A DNA stretch of 56,482 nucleotides from an uncultured Verrucomicrobia subdivision 3 bacterium (GTDB lineage Bacteria > Verrucomicrobiota > Verrucomicrobiia > Limisphaerales > UBA8199). Under the pieces are notes generated by a model. The model ran no database searches. It saw only the letters and a list, made by a program, of their open reading frames with translations, and was not told where the DNA came from. The position numbers were made by a program, and so were the translations under genes. Shown here one piece after another: positions 33,381 to 42,539 of the stretch; within the stretch, counting starts at the first letter, position 1; every line of letters starts with the position of its first letter. The stretch covers positions 1 to 56,482 of the forward strand of contig CAIWJG010000171.1 in NCBI GenBank assembly GCA_903912925.1, in the 5' to 3' direction.

Positions 33381-34198
33381 AGATTCCCTTCAGCGAATAC
33401 CAACGTCGTGGCATCGTTCCGATCGCAGGGCTGGTGCTAGCGGTGTATTACTTCACTGTTTTGCTGCCACTGTCTCGCCGGTCCGAGAAACTTGACGAAC
33501 CAGTGCAGAAGGCCTGGCAAAGGCTCTCCATCCTCCTGGACCAGACCAACACAACCGCCATTGATTTCCTGCACATTACCAATCAGCTCACCGAAACCCG
33601 TCAGGCTTTGCTCGCTCTCGATAAGGCAAAACAGCAAGCCACCGCTCACCTCCAGCCTGGTGCGGCGCTGCGCGCCAAAATGCACGCTGATTTCGCACTC
33701 GTCGAATACGAGAACGAGCGCAGCCGACAGATGGAGGAGCTGGCGCGCCTCGCCAAGCAAGAGCAGGTGGCCGTTGACCCCGCTGTCTTCGCCAATTACC
33801 CCGAGCACACGGCCGACGTGAGACAGCCCCACTTGCTATGGGCGGCCTTGTCGTTTACCGACAGTCTTATGCAGACGGCGGTCCGATGCAAAGTCACCGC
33901 CATCCTCGCCCTCGATACGCCACCAGTGCTCACCAATGCGCCGCCTACGAACGCCATCGAGCGGCTGGCGGAAATCCCCGTGCAGATCGAGTTCACCGGC
34001 TTCGCCACCAACGCCGAGAAGCTGCTCCTGAGTCTGCCTCTCCGCGCCGACGAAATCCGGGCCGCCGGGTTGCCTGAGGCGATAACCAATAAGCCGGTGC
34101 TTTTCATTGACCGGCTCGTGGTCCAAAAGCAGTCGGCCGACAAGCTCGATGAAGTGCATGTGTGGCTGCGCGCAGTGGGTTTTGTGTTGCGAGAGTGA
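33377..34198 (+). CDS. PilO/GspM-like inner-membrane platform protein (putative)
   Basis: N-terminal transmembrane helix, coiled coil, operon position and GTGA overlap. Confidence 0.55.
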   Translation: MKIPFSEYQRRGIVPIAGLVLAVYYFTVLLPLSRRSEKLDEPVQKAWQRLSILLDQTNTTAIDFLHITNQLTETRQALLALDKAKQQATAHLQPGAALRAKMHADFALVEYENERSRQMEELARLAKQEQVAVDPAVFANYPEHTADVRQPHLLWAALSFTDSLMQTAVRCKVTAILALDTPPVLTNAPPTNAIERLAEIPVQIEFTGFATNAEKLLLSLPLRADEIRAAGLPEAITNKPVLFIDRLVVQKQSADKLDEVHVWLRAVGFVLRE

Positions 34199-34204
34199 GG
34201 AGCC

Positions 34205-34723
34205 ATGCCACCGATCATAAAGATAGTCTTACGGAATCGTTGGTTTGTGGTGGGCATGCATGCGTGCCTGTGGTTCCTGCTCTATCTGACCCTCACTCAT
34301 CTCGGAGGCAAAGCCCCTGACTTCCGCCTAGCGGGTGCGGTCGCCAACCCGCCGCAAAGCCCCGCGCCAGTCGCCGGGCTTGAACGCTTGTTCCTCCCGG
34401 GGATCTGGCCCAAGACCCTCGTGCAGACGAACCTGCCCAACCCCTTCTATACTCGTTTCTTTGTCCCGCCGCCGCCGCCGCCGCCCACTACTCGCAAGAT
34501 CAACGTAGCCTACCATGGCTTCTCCCAAATCAACGAGGGCATCAAACAAGTCGGCTACAAGCTGGACAATGCGTTTAACATCGCTCCGATCGGAACGCAG
34601 ATCGCCACTGAACTCTTTATCGCCGACGCCACGATCCAGGCGCTGATGTTGACGAACGTCGCCGCGCAGACCAATTTTATTGGCTGGAACACGAACCAGG
34701 ACATCATCATTCCGATTAAATGA
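34205..34723 (+). CDS. Hypothetical membrane-anchored protein (PilP/GspC-like position)
   Basis: N-terminal transmembrane helix, NPF motif, poly-Pro linker and beta-rich C-terminus. Confidence 0.5.
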   Translation: MPPIIKIVLRNRWFVVGMHACLWFLLYLTLTHLGGKAPDFRLAGAVANPPQSPAPVAGLERLFLPGIWPKTLVQTNLPNPFYTRFFVPPPPPPPTTRKINVAYHGFSQINEGIKQVGYKLDNAFNIAPIGTQIATELFIADATIQALMLTNVAAQTNFIGWNTNQDIIIPIK

Positions 34724-36468
34724 ACGCGAACCAGGACGCAGCCCCGAAAGAAGTGGGGGACCTCCTGCTCGAACAGGGCAAGCTCACGGAGCAGCAGCTC
34801 GAGCAGGTCCGGCGCCGCCAGCGTCGGCTGGGTCTGCCGCAGCATCGCGCCATCGTGGACCTGAACTTCGCTTCCGAAGAAGACACCTGGCGCGCGCTGG
34901 CGGCGGCCAACCACACGGATTTCACCGATCCCGTTGCGCTCGACCTCAAGCGGGAAACGCTGGAACTGGTGCCGATCAAGTTCATTTTCCACTACCATTT
35001 GCTCCCGCTAGGCATCGAAGATGACTGCCTGACGCTGGCCTTCAGCGAGCCGCCGAGCCAGATGGAACAGGGCAATCTGCGCCTCCTCCTCAGCAAGCGC
35101 TTCAGAATCGTCCTCGCTACCCCCAGCTCCATCCATGCCGTCATCAAGAAGAACTTCGGGCTTGGGGCCGAAACGATCCAGAAGCTGCGAGAGGACCGCG
35201 GCGGGGCGGAAATCAGCGAGGAGATCGTCTTTGATGTGCAGGGCAAGGAGACCGATTCCGCGCTCGAAGCCACCGTCTCGGCCTTTGTGGACCAGATTCT
35301 GCAGGAAGCCTTGCGCCTCCACGCGACGGACATCCATCTCGAACCCTACACCAATTCCATCCGTCTCCGCTACCGTGTGGACGGGATTCTGGAACCGGTA
35401 CCCGTGCCGGCAGACATGCGTCATTTGCACCTGGCGGTGGTGTCGCGGCTTAAAATCATGGCCGGGTTGAACATTGCCGAAAAACGGCTGCCCCACGACG
35501 GCCGCATCGCCATGAAGACGGGTAACGAGGAATACGACCTGCGCGTCTCCATCGTCCCGACGAAATACGGGGAAGCGGTCTGCCTGCGGATCCTTGGCCG
35601 TCAAAGTCTTTACCTCGACTTGGGCCAACTCGGCATGGAGCCGAACCAGGAGGCGGTCCTGGCCCAGTTGACCACTCTGCCGCAAGGAATGGTTTTGCTG
35701 ACAGGCCCAACCGGCAGCGGCAAGACCACCACGCTCTACGCCGCCCTGGCCCAGGCCAACGATGAAGGCCGCAAGATCATCACCTTCGAAGACCCCATCG
35801 AATACCAGCTTGAAGGGGTCGTGCAAATCCAAGTCCGCGATCAAATCGGCCTGACCTTCGCCACCGGCCTGCGCTCCGTCTTGCGCCACGATCCGGATGT
35901 GGTGCTCGTCGGCGAGATTCGTGACTTTGAGACCGCTGAAATTGCCGTGCGCGCCGCCCAAACTGGCCACCTGGTCTTCTCCACTTTGCACACCAACGAC
36001 AGTGTCGGCGCGGTTACCCGCTTGCTGGAAATGCGGATCGAGCCCTACCTGATATCTTCCTCGCTGGTCTGCAGTATCTCGCAACGGCTGGCCCGTCGCA
36101 TTTGCCGCCACTGCGCTGAGGAAGACCTCGCCATCACGGCCTCAGCCCGCAAAGAAATGGCCGCCGCTCTTTCGCTCCCCGCTGAACAAGTCAGAGCCTG
36201 GAAAGGCCGCGGCTGCGTGGAATGCAATCAGAAAGGCCACCGCGGCCGTGTGGCCATCTACGAGTTCTTCCTCCTCAACGAAGCGATCAGCGACCTCATC
36301 CATCCCGGATTGAGCACCGGCGAGCTGCGCGAAGCCGCACGCAAGCTAGGTTGGCGTTCCCTCCGAGAAATGGCCTGGTCTAAAGTGCAGAAGGGGCTTA
36401 TCCCCATCTCCGAACAGGAGCGTTGGACCCGCACGGTTGACCCGGCAGCTCTGGCGGTCAAAAGCTGA
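34720..36468 (+). CDS. GspE/PilB-family secretion ATPase
   Basis: GPTGSGKTT, EDPIEY, VLVGEIRD, GHLVFSTLH, CxxC...CxxC. Confidence 0.95.
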   Translation: MNANQDAAPKEVGDLLLEQGKLTEQQLEQVRRRQRRLGLPQHRAIVDLNFASEEDTWRALAAANHTDFTDPVALDLKRETLELVPIKFIFHYHLLPLGIEDDCLTLAFSEPPSQMEQGNLRLLLSKRFRIVLATPSSIHAVIKKNFGLGAETIQKLREDRGGAEISEEIVFDVQGKETDSALEATVSAFVDQILQEALRLHATDIHLEPYTNSIRLRYRVDGILEPVPVPADMRHLHLAVVSRLKIMAGLNIAEKRLPHDGRIAMKTGNEEYDLRVSIVPTKYGEAVCLRILGRQSLYLDLGQLGMEPNQEAVLAQLTTLPQGMVLLTGPTGSGKTTTLYAALAQANDEGRKIITFEDPIEYQLEGVVQIQVRDQIGLTFATGLRSVLRHDPDVVLVGEIRDFETAEIAVRAAQTGHLVFSTLHTNDSVGAVTRLLEMRIEPYLISSSLVCSISQRLARRICRHCAEEDLAITASARKEMAAALSLPAEQVRAWKGRGCVECNQKGHRGRVAIYEFFLLNEAISDLIHPGLSTGELREAARKLGWRSLREMAWSKVQKGLIPISEQERWTRTVDPAALAVKS

Positions 36469-36489
36469 CCCCCAGCGCCCGAAAATGCA

Positions 36490-36523
36490 AAGAGGACGGC
36501 GCGCCTTCAAACGCCATCCTCTT
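36490..36523. terminator. Probable bidirectional terminator between the GspE-like gene and rpmB
   Basis: aagaggacggcg / cgccatcctctt stem between convergent genes. Confidence 0.6.
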
Positions 36524-36548
36524 CGATCAAACCCTTGTGCTCGCTAGC

Positions 36549-36824
36549 TCAGGCCTTGACGGCAGCAGTAGCATCTTCCTTCTTCCAGGTGCGCTTTGGA
36601 GCTTTGACCACCAGCCCCTTTTTGAGGGCGTTGGCCGTAACACGAATGTAGCGCACTTCGCCGTCAATCAACGCTTTGACGCGCTGCAGGTTCGGGAAGA
36701 AACGGCGCTTGGTAATGGCCGTAACGTGCGTGCCAATACCGCCGCTTTTCTTCGACTTGCCGCTGCGCCAGATAATGCTGCCCTTGATGGGGCGTTTGCC
36801 AGTCAGTTCACAAATTCTCGCCAT
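36549..36824 (-). CDS. rpmB: 50S ribosomal protein L28
   Basis: MARICELTGK, TKRRFFPNLQ and IRVTANALK. Confidence 0.95.
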   Translation of the reverse strand: MARICELTGKRPIKGSIIWRSGKSKKSGGIGTHVTAITKRRFFPNLQRVKALIDGEVRYIRVTANALKKGLVVKAPKRTWKKEDATAAVKA

Positions 36825-36921
36825 ACGAATCCTGTCTTAAATATTACAGAGGGGAGATCTTAGCAGGCGCAAGCAATGTTGCAAGCCGTATTTCACATGC
36901 CCCCGAGGTGCCCCCACGACC

Positions 36922-37083
36922 AGTGACAAAGTGGATGATAAGGGCTCCAATCTGAAGCTGTAGGAGACGACGTAAGGAGTCTCTAATCAGCGTGTTCCGA
37001 CCAAGCGCAGGTTTGGGCCGCTGGCAAGAGGTCAGAGACTCCTGACGTCGTCTCCTACAATGACTTGCGAGGACTTTGTCACT
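36922..37083. mobile_element. MITE-like element: 11-bp terminal IR (agtgacaaagt) enclosing GTAG-REP doublet copy 2 (36960-37058)
   Basis: agtgacaaagt at 36922-36932 and actttgtcact at 37073-37083. The interior is the inverted homolog of 3373-3472. Confidence 0.7.
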
Positions 37084-37123
37084 AGCTGTGAGGTGCCCCT
37101 TTCGCCGTTACCGTCCAGGAACA

Positions 37124-37528
37124 TCATTCGTAGGTCTTCTCGAGGGTCTTCATCCGTGGCCAGACGGGCGAAGATGGCCCCAGGCGCTCTTTCACCGCGG
37201 CGAAGACGCGCCGGGCCTCGGCGGGATCCTCACGGGCCACGGCAACGCAGAAATCCAGCTCGATCCAGGCCTTGCGGGGATCTTCCACGCTCGGGCCGTA
37301 GGCCTTGAGCCAGTTCCTCAACCCGACGGCGCCACGCTTCCGCGCGGTCTGGAGCGACGTCTCGAGATTGTAAGGCAGACCCGGCAGTCGGCCCTCGGTC
37401 ACGACCGCCGCCGCGTCCTGCTTCTGCTGGGCTTCCTCTCCGCTTTTGACCTGCTCCCAGTACGAGAATAACACCCACCCGCAGTAGAGCACCGCCACGA
37501 TAATCAACGCCCCAATGAGTTTAGTCAC
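37124..37528 (-). CDS. Hypothetical protein with N-terminal membrane anchor
   Basis: Hydrophobic N-terminus; overlaps the murA stop. Confidence 0.7.
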   Translation of the reverse strand: MTKLIGALIIVAVLYCGWVLFSYWEQVKSGEEAQQKQDAAAVVTEGRLPGLPYNLETSLQTARKRGAVGLRNWLKAYGPSVEDPRKAWIELDFCVAVAREDPAEARRVFAAVKERLGPSSPVWPRMKTLEKTYE

Positions 37529-38787
37529 GATTCTTCGATCCGCTCGATGCGCGCGCCCAGTTGCCGCAGCTTGCCATCAATATTCTCGTAGCCGCGGTCG
37601 ATATGATAAACGCGGTTGACCTGCGTGGTGCCGCGCGCGGCCAGCCCGGCGATGACCAGCGCCGCCGACGCCCGCAAATCGCTGGCCATGACCGGGGCCC
37701 CGCTCAACGGTTTGCCACCCTTCACAATCGCACTTGGCCCTTCGATTTCAATATCCGCCCCCAGCCGCGTCATTTCGCTAACGTGCATGAACCGCGACTC
37801 AAAGATCCGCTCGGTGATAATGCTGATGCCCGGCGTCAAGGTCATCAAGGCCATCATCTGCGCCTGCACGTCGGTGGGGAATCCCGAGTAGGGCAACGTC
37901 GTGATGTCCACTGGCTTCAAGCGGCCATTGCGGCGAATGGTGATGTCCGCGCCGCGGCGCTCAATGCCCGCGCCCGCATCCTTCAGCTTGTCCAGCACGG
38001 CGCGCAGGTGGTCGGCGCGTGCGCCGCGCAGCGTAATCTCGCCGTTCGTGGCCACGGCAGCAATCGCATAGGTGGCCGCCTCGATGCGGTCCGGGATCAC
38101 TTCGTGTTCCGCGCCGTGCAATTCTTTCACGCCGGTGATGGTCAAGGTGGGGCTGCCGGCGCCGGAAATCTGCGCGCCCATTGCGATCAGGAAGTTTGCC
38201 AGGTCCACCACCTCCGGCTCGCACGCCGCGCTCTCGATCACCGTCACTCCTTCGGCGAGTGTCGCGGCCATCATGACGTTGGCCGTGCCGAGCACCGTGG
38301 AGCCGGCGCGGCCGCCCAGGAACATGGCGGAGCCAACCAAGCGTTTGGCGGAGGCGTGAACGTAACCGTTCTCGATCATCACCTTCGCTCCCAGCGCTGC
38401 GAATCCTTTCAGGTGCAGGTTGATCGGCCGGGCGCCAATCACACATCCGCCCGGCAGGGACACGGCGGCCTTCTTCAACCGGCCCAGCAGTGGGCCCATC
38501 ACGCAGATCGAGCCGCGCATCTTCCGGATTAAATCGTAATCTCCGGCACCTTTGATCTTCCGGGCCTGAATGTGGACGCTGTCGCCTTCGAAGCGCACGT
38601 GCGCGCCCAGCCAGGTGAGGATCTGGCCCATGAACTTCACATCGCTCAGGTTCGGCACGCGACGGATGACGCAAGGTTCAGCGGTGAGCAGGGTGGCCGC
38701 CATGATCGGCAGGACGGCATTCTTCGCCCCGCTGATGGCCACTTCCCCATGCAACGGCACAGAGCCTTTAATCAAGAAGCTATCCAT
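37525..38787 (-). CDS. murA: UDP-N-acetylglucosamine 1-carboxyvinyltransferase
   Basis: GAKNAVLP, LPGGCVIGARP (catalytic Cys), FPTDVQ, DLRASAAL and HIDRGYE. Confidence 0.97.
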   Translation of the reverse strand: MDSFLIKGSVPLHGEVAISGAKNAVLPIMAATLLTAEPCVIRRVPNLSDVKFMGQILTWLGAHVRFEGDSVHIQARKIKGAGDYDLIRKMRGSICVMGPLLGRLKKAAVSLPGGCVIGARPINLHLKGFAALGAKVMIENGYVHASAKRLVGSAMFLGGRAGSTVLGTANVMMAATLAEGVTVIESAACEPEVVDLANFLIAMGAQISGAGSPTLTITGVKELHGAEHEVIPDRIEAATYAIAAVATNGEITLRGARADHLRAVLDKLKDAGAGIERRGADITIRRNGRLKPVDITTLPYSGFPTDVQAQMMALMTLTPGISIITERIFESRFMHVSEMTRLGADIEIEGPSAIVKGGKPLSGAPVMASDLRASAALVIAGLAARGTTQVNRVYHIDRGYENIDGKLRQLGARIERIEES

Positions 38788-38824
38788 GGAAGTTCAGCAA
38801 TAATCACCAACCACTCGTTACCCA

Positions 38825-39733
38825 TCACCCTGGTTGCGGCCCCTTCTCGCGCGGTTCTTCCGCAGTTGAGTTCGATCGCCGCGCAACCATGATTCTCGGA
38901 CGACGAGTGTAGTCGTCCTCGATCGCTTCGACAATCCACATTTGCTCTTGAAGAATCTCGCGCAAGGCTTCGGCCTGGCCATCGCCAAACTCCAGCATGA
39001 CTCGCCCTTGCGGTTTGAGGAACGGGGCACACTCCGCCGCCAGGCGCCGCCCGTAATCGAGGCCATCCGCACCGCCGTCCAGCGCCCGGTGCGGGTCATA
39101 ATCCCGCACTTCGGGCTGCAGCGACGCGATCTCGCCGCTCGGGATGTAGGGCGGGTTGCTGACGATCAGATCAAACCGAGATCCCTCCGGCGCGGCCGCA
39201 AACCCGTCCCCGTGCAGAAACCGGATGCGCTCAGCGACGCCATGCCGCGTTGCGTTCAGTCGGGCCAGCGCGAGGGCCTCGGACGAAATATCAATGGCAT
39301 AGACCTCAGCGGCTGGGCACTTGCACGCCAGCGCAATGGCCAGGCAGCCGCTGCCGGTGCCGAAATCCAAAGCGGTTGAGGGTTGAGGGTGGAGGGTGGA
39401 GAGTTGATTGAGGAAGATCCAGCCGCGCTCGGCCAGCAGTTCCGTCTCGGGTCGCGGGATGAGCACGTCCCGGTTCACCGCGATTTCCAATCCGCAGAAC
39501 GAAGTGGAGCCGACGATATGCTGCAACGGCTCGCGCTGGCCGCGGCGCTTGATCAGTTCGCGAAAGCCATTGACCTCCGCTGGCGTAAGCACGCGCTCAA
39601 ACTCGAGGTACAATCGCATGCGTGGTTGCTTGAGCAGGTGGGCCAGCAGCAGTTCCGTTTGCAGCCGGGGCGAGTCCACGCCCTTTTTGGCCAGGAACTC
39701 AGTGCTGCGTTGAATGGCTTCAAGAACCGTCAC
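38825..39733 (-). CDS. prmC: Release-factor glutamine methyltransferase
   Basis: EPLQHIVG, VLIPRPETE, DFGTGSG, SNPPY and ALDGGADGL. Confidence 0.95.
   Translation of the reverse strand: MTVLEAIQRSTEFLAKKGVDSPRLQTELLLAHLLKQPRMRLYLEFERVLTPAEVNGFRELIKRRGQREPLQHIVGSTSFCGLEIAVNRDVLIPRPETELLAERGWIFLNQLSTLHPQPSTALDFGTGSGCLAIALACKCPAAEVYAIDISSEALALARLNATRHGVAERIRFLHGDGFAAAPEGSRFDLIVSNPPYIPSGEIASLQPEVRDYDPHRALDGGADGLDYGRRLAAECAPFLKPQGRVMLEFGDGQAEALREILQEQMWIVEAIEDDYTRRPRIMVARRSNSTAEEPREKGPQPG
39374..39408. repeat. Heptamer tandem repeat (GGT(T/G)GAG)x~5 inside prmC
   Basis: ggttgag ggttgag ggtggag ggtggag agttgat; encodes QLSTLHPQPST. Confidence 0.8.
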
Positions 39734-41181
39734 GAAGACAAGGGTACGCGGATTGAAACGTGTTTGGTATCCAGGAAGGCGTCGAGGCCTTCACTTCCCA
39801 GCTCGCGCCCCCAGCCGCTCTGTTTGACGCCGCCGAAAGGCGCGTTGCTGGTGGTGGGCAGCCCGTCGTTGATGCCGATCATCCCCGCCTCCAGGTGGTC
39901 CGCCAACCGGAATATGCAGCCCAGGTCGCGCGTGAAGGCGTAGGCGCACAGACCATGAGCGGTGTCGTTAGCCAGGCAAATGGCTTCTTCCTCAGTCTCA
40001 AATGTGCTCACCGGGACAATCGGGGCAAATATTTCTTCGTGCCGACATAACGCGTCGCCTGGCACGTCCGCCAGGACCGTCGGCTCGAAAAAGAAGCCTT
40101 TACGTGCCATGCGATGGCCCCCGCAAAGCACCCGCGCTCCCCGGGTCACCGCATCCTCAACGAGGCCCAGCGCGTGGCGGACGGCAGCTTCGTCAATCAG
40201 CGGGCCAATTTCGACGCCCGGTTCGGAAGACTCCCCCACCTTCAGCGATTTGACCCGGGCGACGAAGGCGTCGAGGAAGCGCTCGCAGATGCGGCGCTGC
40301 ACGAAGAGGCGGTTGGCGGCAATGCAGGACTGGCCGGTGTTGCGCATCTTGGCCAGCAGCGTCCCCTCGACTGCCACGTCAAGGTCGGCATCGTCGAATA
40401 CCAGCAGGGGCGCGTTGCCGCCCAATTCGAGTGAGAGCGGCTTGACTGTGCGGGCCGCGTTGCGGATCAGCACCTCGCCGACTTCCGTCGAGCCGGTGAA
40501 GGTCACCTTCCGACAGAGCGGGTTGCTGAGGAATTCCTCGCCGAACTGATCGGACGGCCCGCAGACTACCTGCAAAACTCCTTTGGGCAACTGTGCGGCC
40601 TGCGCGCACTCGGCGAAGGCGATGCTGCTCAACGGCGTCTGCCGCGCGGGTTTGAGCACCACCGGGCAGCCGGCAGCCAGGGCCGCTGCCACCTTGCGCA
40701 CACCCAGCATCAGCGGGAAGTTCCAGGGGCTGATAGCCCCCACCACCCCGACAGGCGTTTTCACCACGAGATTCCGCTTGCCCTCGGCCTGCGGCGGAAT
40801 GATGCGCCCATAGGCCCGGCGGCCTTCCTCAGCGAACCACTGAAGATGGTCCACGGACAGTGCGACCTCGCCAAGGCTCTGGGTCAGCGGCTTGCCGTTC
40901 TCGCTGCTGATCAGGCGGGCGACCTCTTCCCGCCGCTGGTCGAGCTCGGCGGCCATTCGCCTCAGATACTCGCCGCGCGCCTTGGCCGTAAGCGCGCGCC
41001 AGCTCGCGAACGCCGTGTGCGCATCCGCGATGGCCTGAGCCAGCCCGGCGCGGTCGATTGTGGAAATCCTGGCGAAGGGTTCCCCGGTGGCCGGGTTGAC
41101 CACATCCCACGCCGGCTCGCTTTGCACGAACGCCCCATTGCGATAGAGCGGATAGGTCTTCAAGCGGAATCCTGGATTCAA
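39730..41181 (-). CDS. gabD: NAD(P)-dependent succinate-semialdehyde dehydrogenase-like aldehyde dehydrogenase
   Basis: PWNFP, FTGSTEVG, SLELGGNAP, GQSCIA and PFGGVKQSGWGRE. Start uncertain (TTG 41181 or 41163). Confidence 0.8.
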   Translation of the reverse strand: MNPGFRLKTYPLYRNGAFVQSEPAWDVVNPATGEPFARISTIDRAGLAQAIADAHTAFASWRALTAKARGEYLRRMAAELDQRREEVARLISSENGKPLTQSLGEVALSVDHLQWFAEEGRRAYGRIIPPQAEGKRNLVVKTPVGVVGAISPWNFPLMLGVRKVAAALAAGCPVVLKPARQTPLSSIAFAECAQAAQLPKGVLQVVCGPSDQFGEEFLSNPLCRKVTFTGSTEVGEVLIRNAARTVKPLSLELGGNAPLLVFDDADLDVAVEGTLLAKMRNTGQSCIAANRLFVQRRICERFLDAFVARVKSLKVGESSEPGVEIGPLIDEAAVRHALGLVEDAVTRGARVLCGGHRMARKGFFFEPTVLADVPGDALCRHEEIFAPIVPVSTFETEEEAICLANDTAHGLCAYAFTRDLGCIFRLADHLEAGMIGINDGLPTTSNAPFGGVKQSGWGRELGSEGLDAFLDTKHVSIRVPLSS

Positions 41182-41187
41182 ACTAGA

Positions 41188-41212
41188 AAGGCGGAGGAAA
41201 ATCCTCCGCCTT
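41188..41212 (-). terminator. Intrinsic terminator after the HU gene
   Basis: 11-bp perfect stem aaggcggagga/tcctccgcctt followed by T-rich sequence on the minus strand. Confidence 0.7.
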
Positions 41213-41237
41213 CACAACAATAATGAATTGATCCGCT

Positions 41238-41528
41238 TTACTTCTTGGCACCCAGGATTGCGTCCTTGGCGGCCTTGGCCACGCGGAATTTCACCACGCG
41301 CTTGGCGGCAATTTTGATGGTCTCGCCCGTTGCTGGATTACGTCCCATGCGAGCTTTGCGATTTACCAGAACCAGTTTACCCAGTCCCGGCAGCGTGAAG
41401 CTGTTCTTGGCATTCTTGTAAGCGAGCGCCACGATGGCCTCGATAACAGTAACGGCCTGCTTTTTTGTTAGCCCGACGGTTTCCGCAACAGATGCGACGA
41501 TTTGTGATTTGGTTAATGCTTTTGCCAT
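41238..41528 (-). CDS. hup: HU family DNA-binding protein
   Basis: LPGLGKL, RKARMGRNPATGETIKI and VKFRVAK. Confidence 0.93.
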   Translation of the reverse strand: MAKALTKSQIVASVAETVGLTKKQAVTVIEAIVALAYKNAKNSFTLPGLGKLVLVNRKARMGRNPATGETIKIAAKRVVKFRVAKAAKDAILGAKK

Positions 41529-41619
41529 ATATGTGCGCCATGACTAGCGGCAAAAGTGTTGCAGCGCAAGCGAAAAACAGCCAAAAACAGCGTAATCCCA
41601 AACTAGGTGCCGCCGGGAC

Positions 41620-42201
41620 CTAACCAGCCGCTGGAATTTCCGCCTGCTCCACAGTGTGGAGAACCTCCTGCATGGCTTCCGGGGATACTCCGTAAGTGAT
41701 TTGCGTGTTGAGCTTGCTGGTGAGGAACTCGTCCAGTGCAACCCAGCGGCCCTCGATATTGATGCGCTTGGTCCAGGCACAAACGACTTGCAACTGGCCT
41801 TGCAACCGGCGCGTCTCTGCCGTTGAGCGACTGATCTCATCGAGCGCTTTCTCCAGTTCCTGCTGCACCTCCAGTTGCTGGTGCAGGCTCCGCCGCAGGT
41901 TCTCGACCAGCAGACCGATGAACGCAAAGGCCAGGAAGCAAATCACGGTGTTGGCGTAGCGAAAGACCTCCGCGGGATACTGATGGTTGGAGAGAATATC
42001 CACGACACACCAGGCCACGCCGGTCAGGATCGCCATGCAGACCACCGATACCCGCCCCAGATACCAGCCGCATAACGAGACCGGGATGAAGAAGAAGACG
42101 AAGAAGAGGAAGTGATATCCGGCGAGGTACACGCCGTAGCTCAGGACGAGCAGGTTGGCCAAACTCGCCAGAATAACCTTCAACTGAAAGCGTTTGCTCA
42201 T
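41620..42201 (-). CDS. Membrane sensor-like protein (DUF4118-like 4-TM + coiled coil + degenerate Zn-ribbon-like tail)
   Basis: Four hydrophobic helices, heptad region, C-terminal VCAWTKRI..W..LDEFL..ITYGVSPEA. Confidence 0.65.
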   Translation of the reverse strand: MSKRFQLKVILASLANLLVLSYGVYLAGYHFLFFVFFFIPVSLCGWYLGRVSVVCMAILTGVAWCVVDILSNHQYPAEVFRYANTVICFLAFAFIGLLVENLRRSLHQQLEVQQELEKALDEISRSTAETRRLQGQLQVVCAWTKRINIEGRWVALDEFLTSKLNTQITYGVSPEAMQEVLHTVEQAEIPAAG

Positions 42202-42470
42202 GTGATTTGTCGCTATTTAATGCCGTCAGATCCCGACAAAATCACTACTTGAAGCGATTCTCATGCCGTCTCACCCCCTGCTTTTCAAGGACTTTTGGGG
42301 GATAACGAACCTTGTAACCCCCTCAGCCTGGAGCTGCGTTTGTCTCGCCTCCGTTCCGCAAACTGAACCCATTATCGTGCTTCACGGCCCAGACTTCTAA
42401 GTCACACTCTAGTTTTGATCGCACACAGAATTCCGGTTTTGAAGCTACACGACAGCGAGCTGTCGCAAGC

Positions 42471-42498
42471 TTGACTTCTCACTCAAATCGAATATGCT
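42471..42498 (+). promoter_or_regulatory. Sigma70-like promoter of the radical SAM gene
   Basis: TTGACT-16 nt-TATGCT. Confidence 0.45.
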
Positions 42499-42539
42499 GC
42501 CGACAGCATGTCGGATCATCTTAGTGGTTAGCTAGCGTT

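Noticed and set aside
36905-37099. gaggtgcccc on both sides of the MITE-like element as a target-site duplication
   Set aside because: The copies (36905-36914, 37090-37099) are 6-7 nt away from the terminal IRs rather than abutting them.
42202-42539. Cobalamin riboswitch upstream of the B12 radical SAM gene
   Set aside because: No B12-box or conserved core recognised; only a short IR (gtgatttgtcg/cgacaaaatcac). An Rfam scan would settle it.
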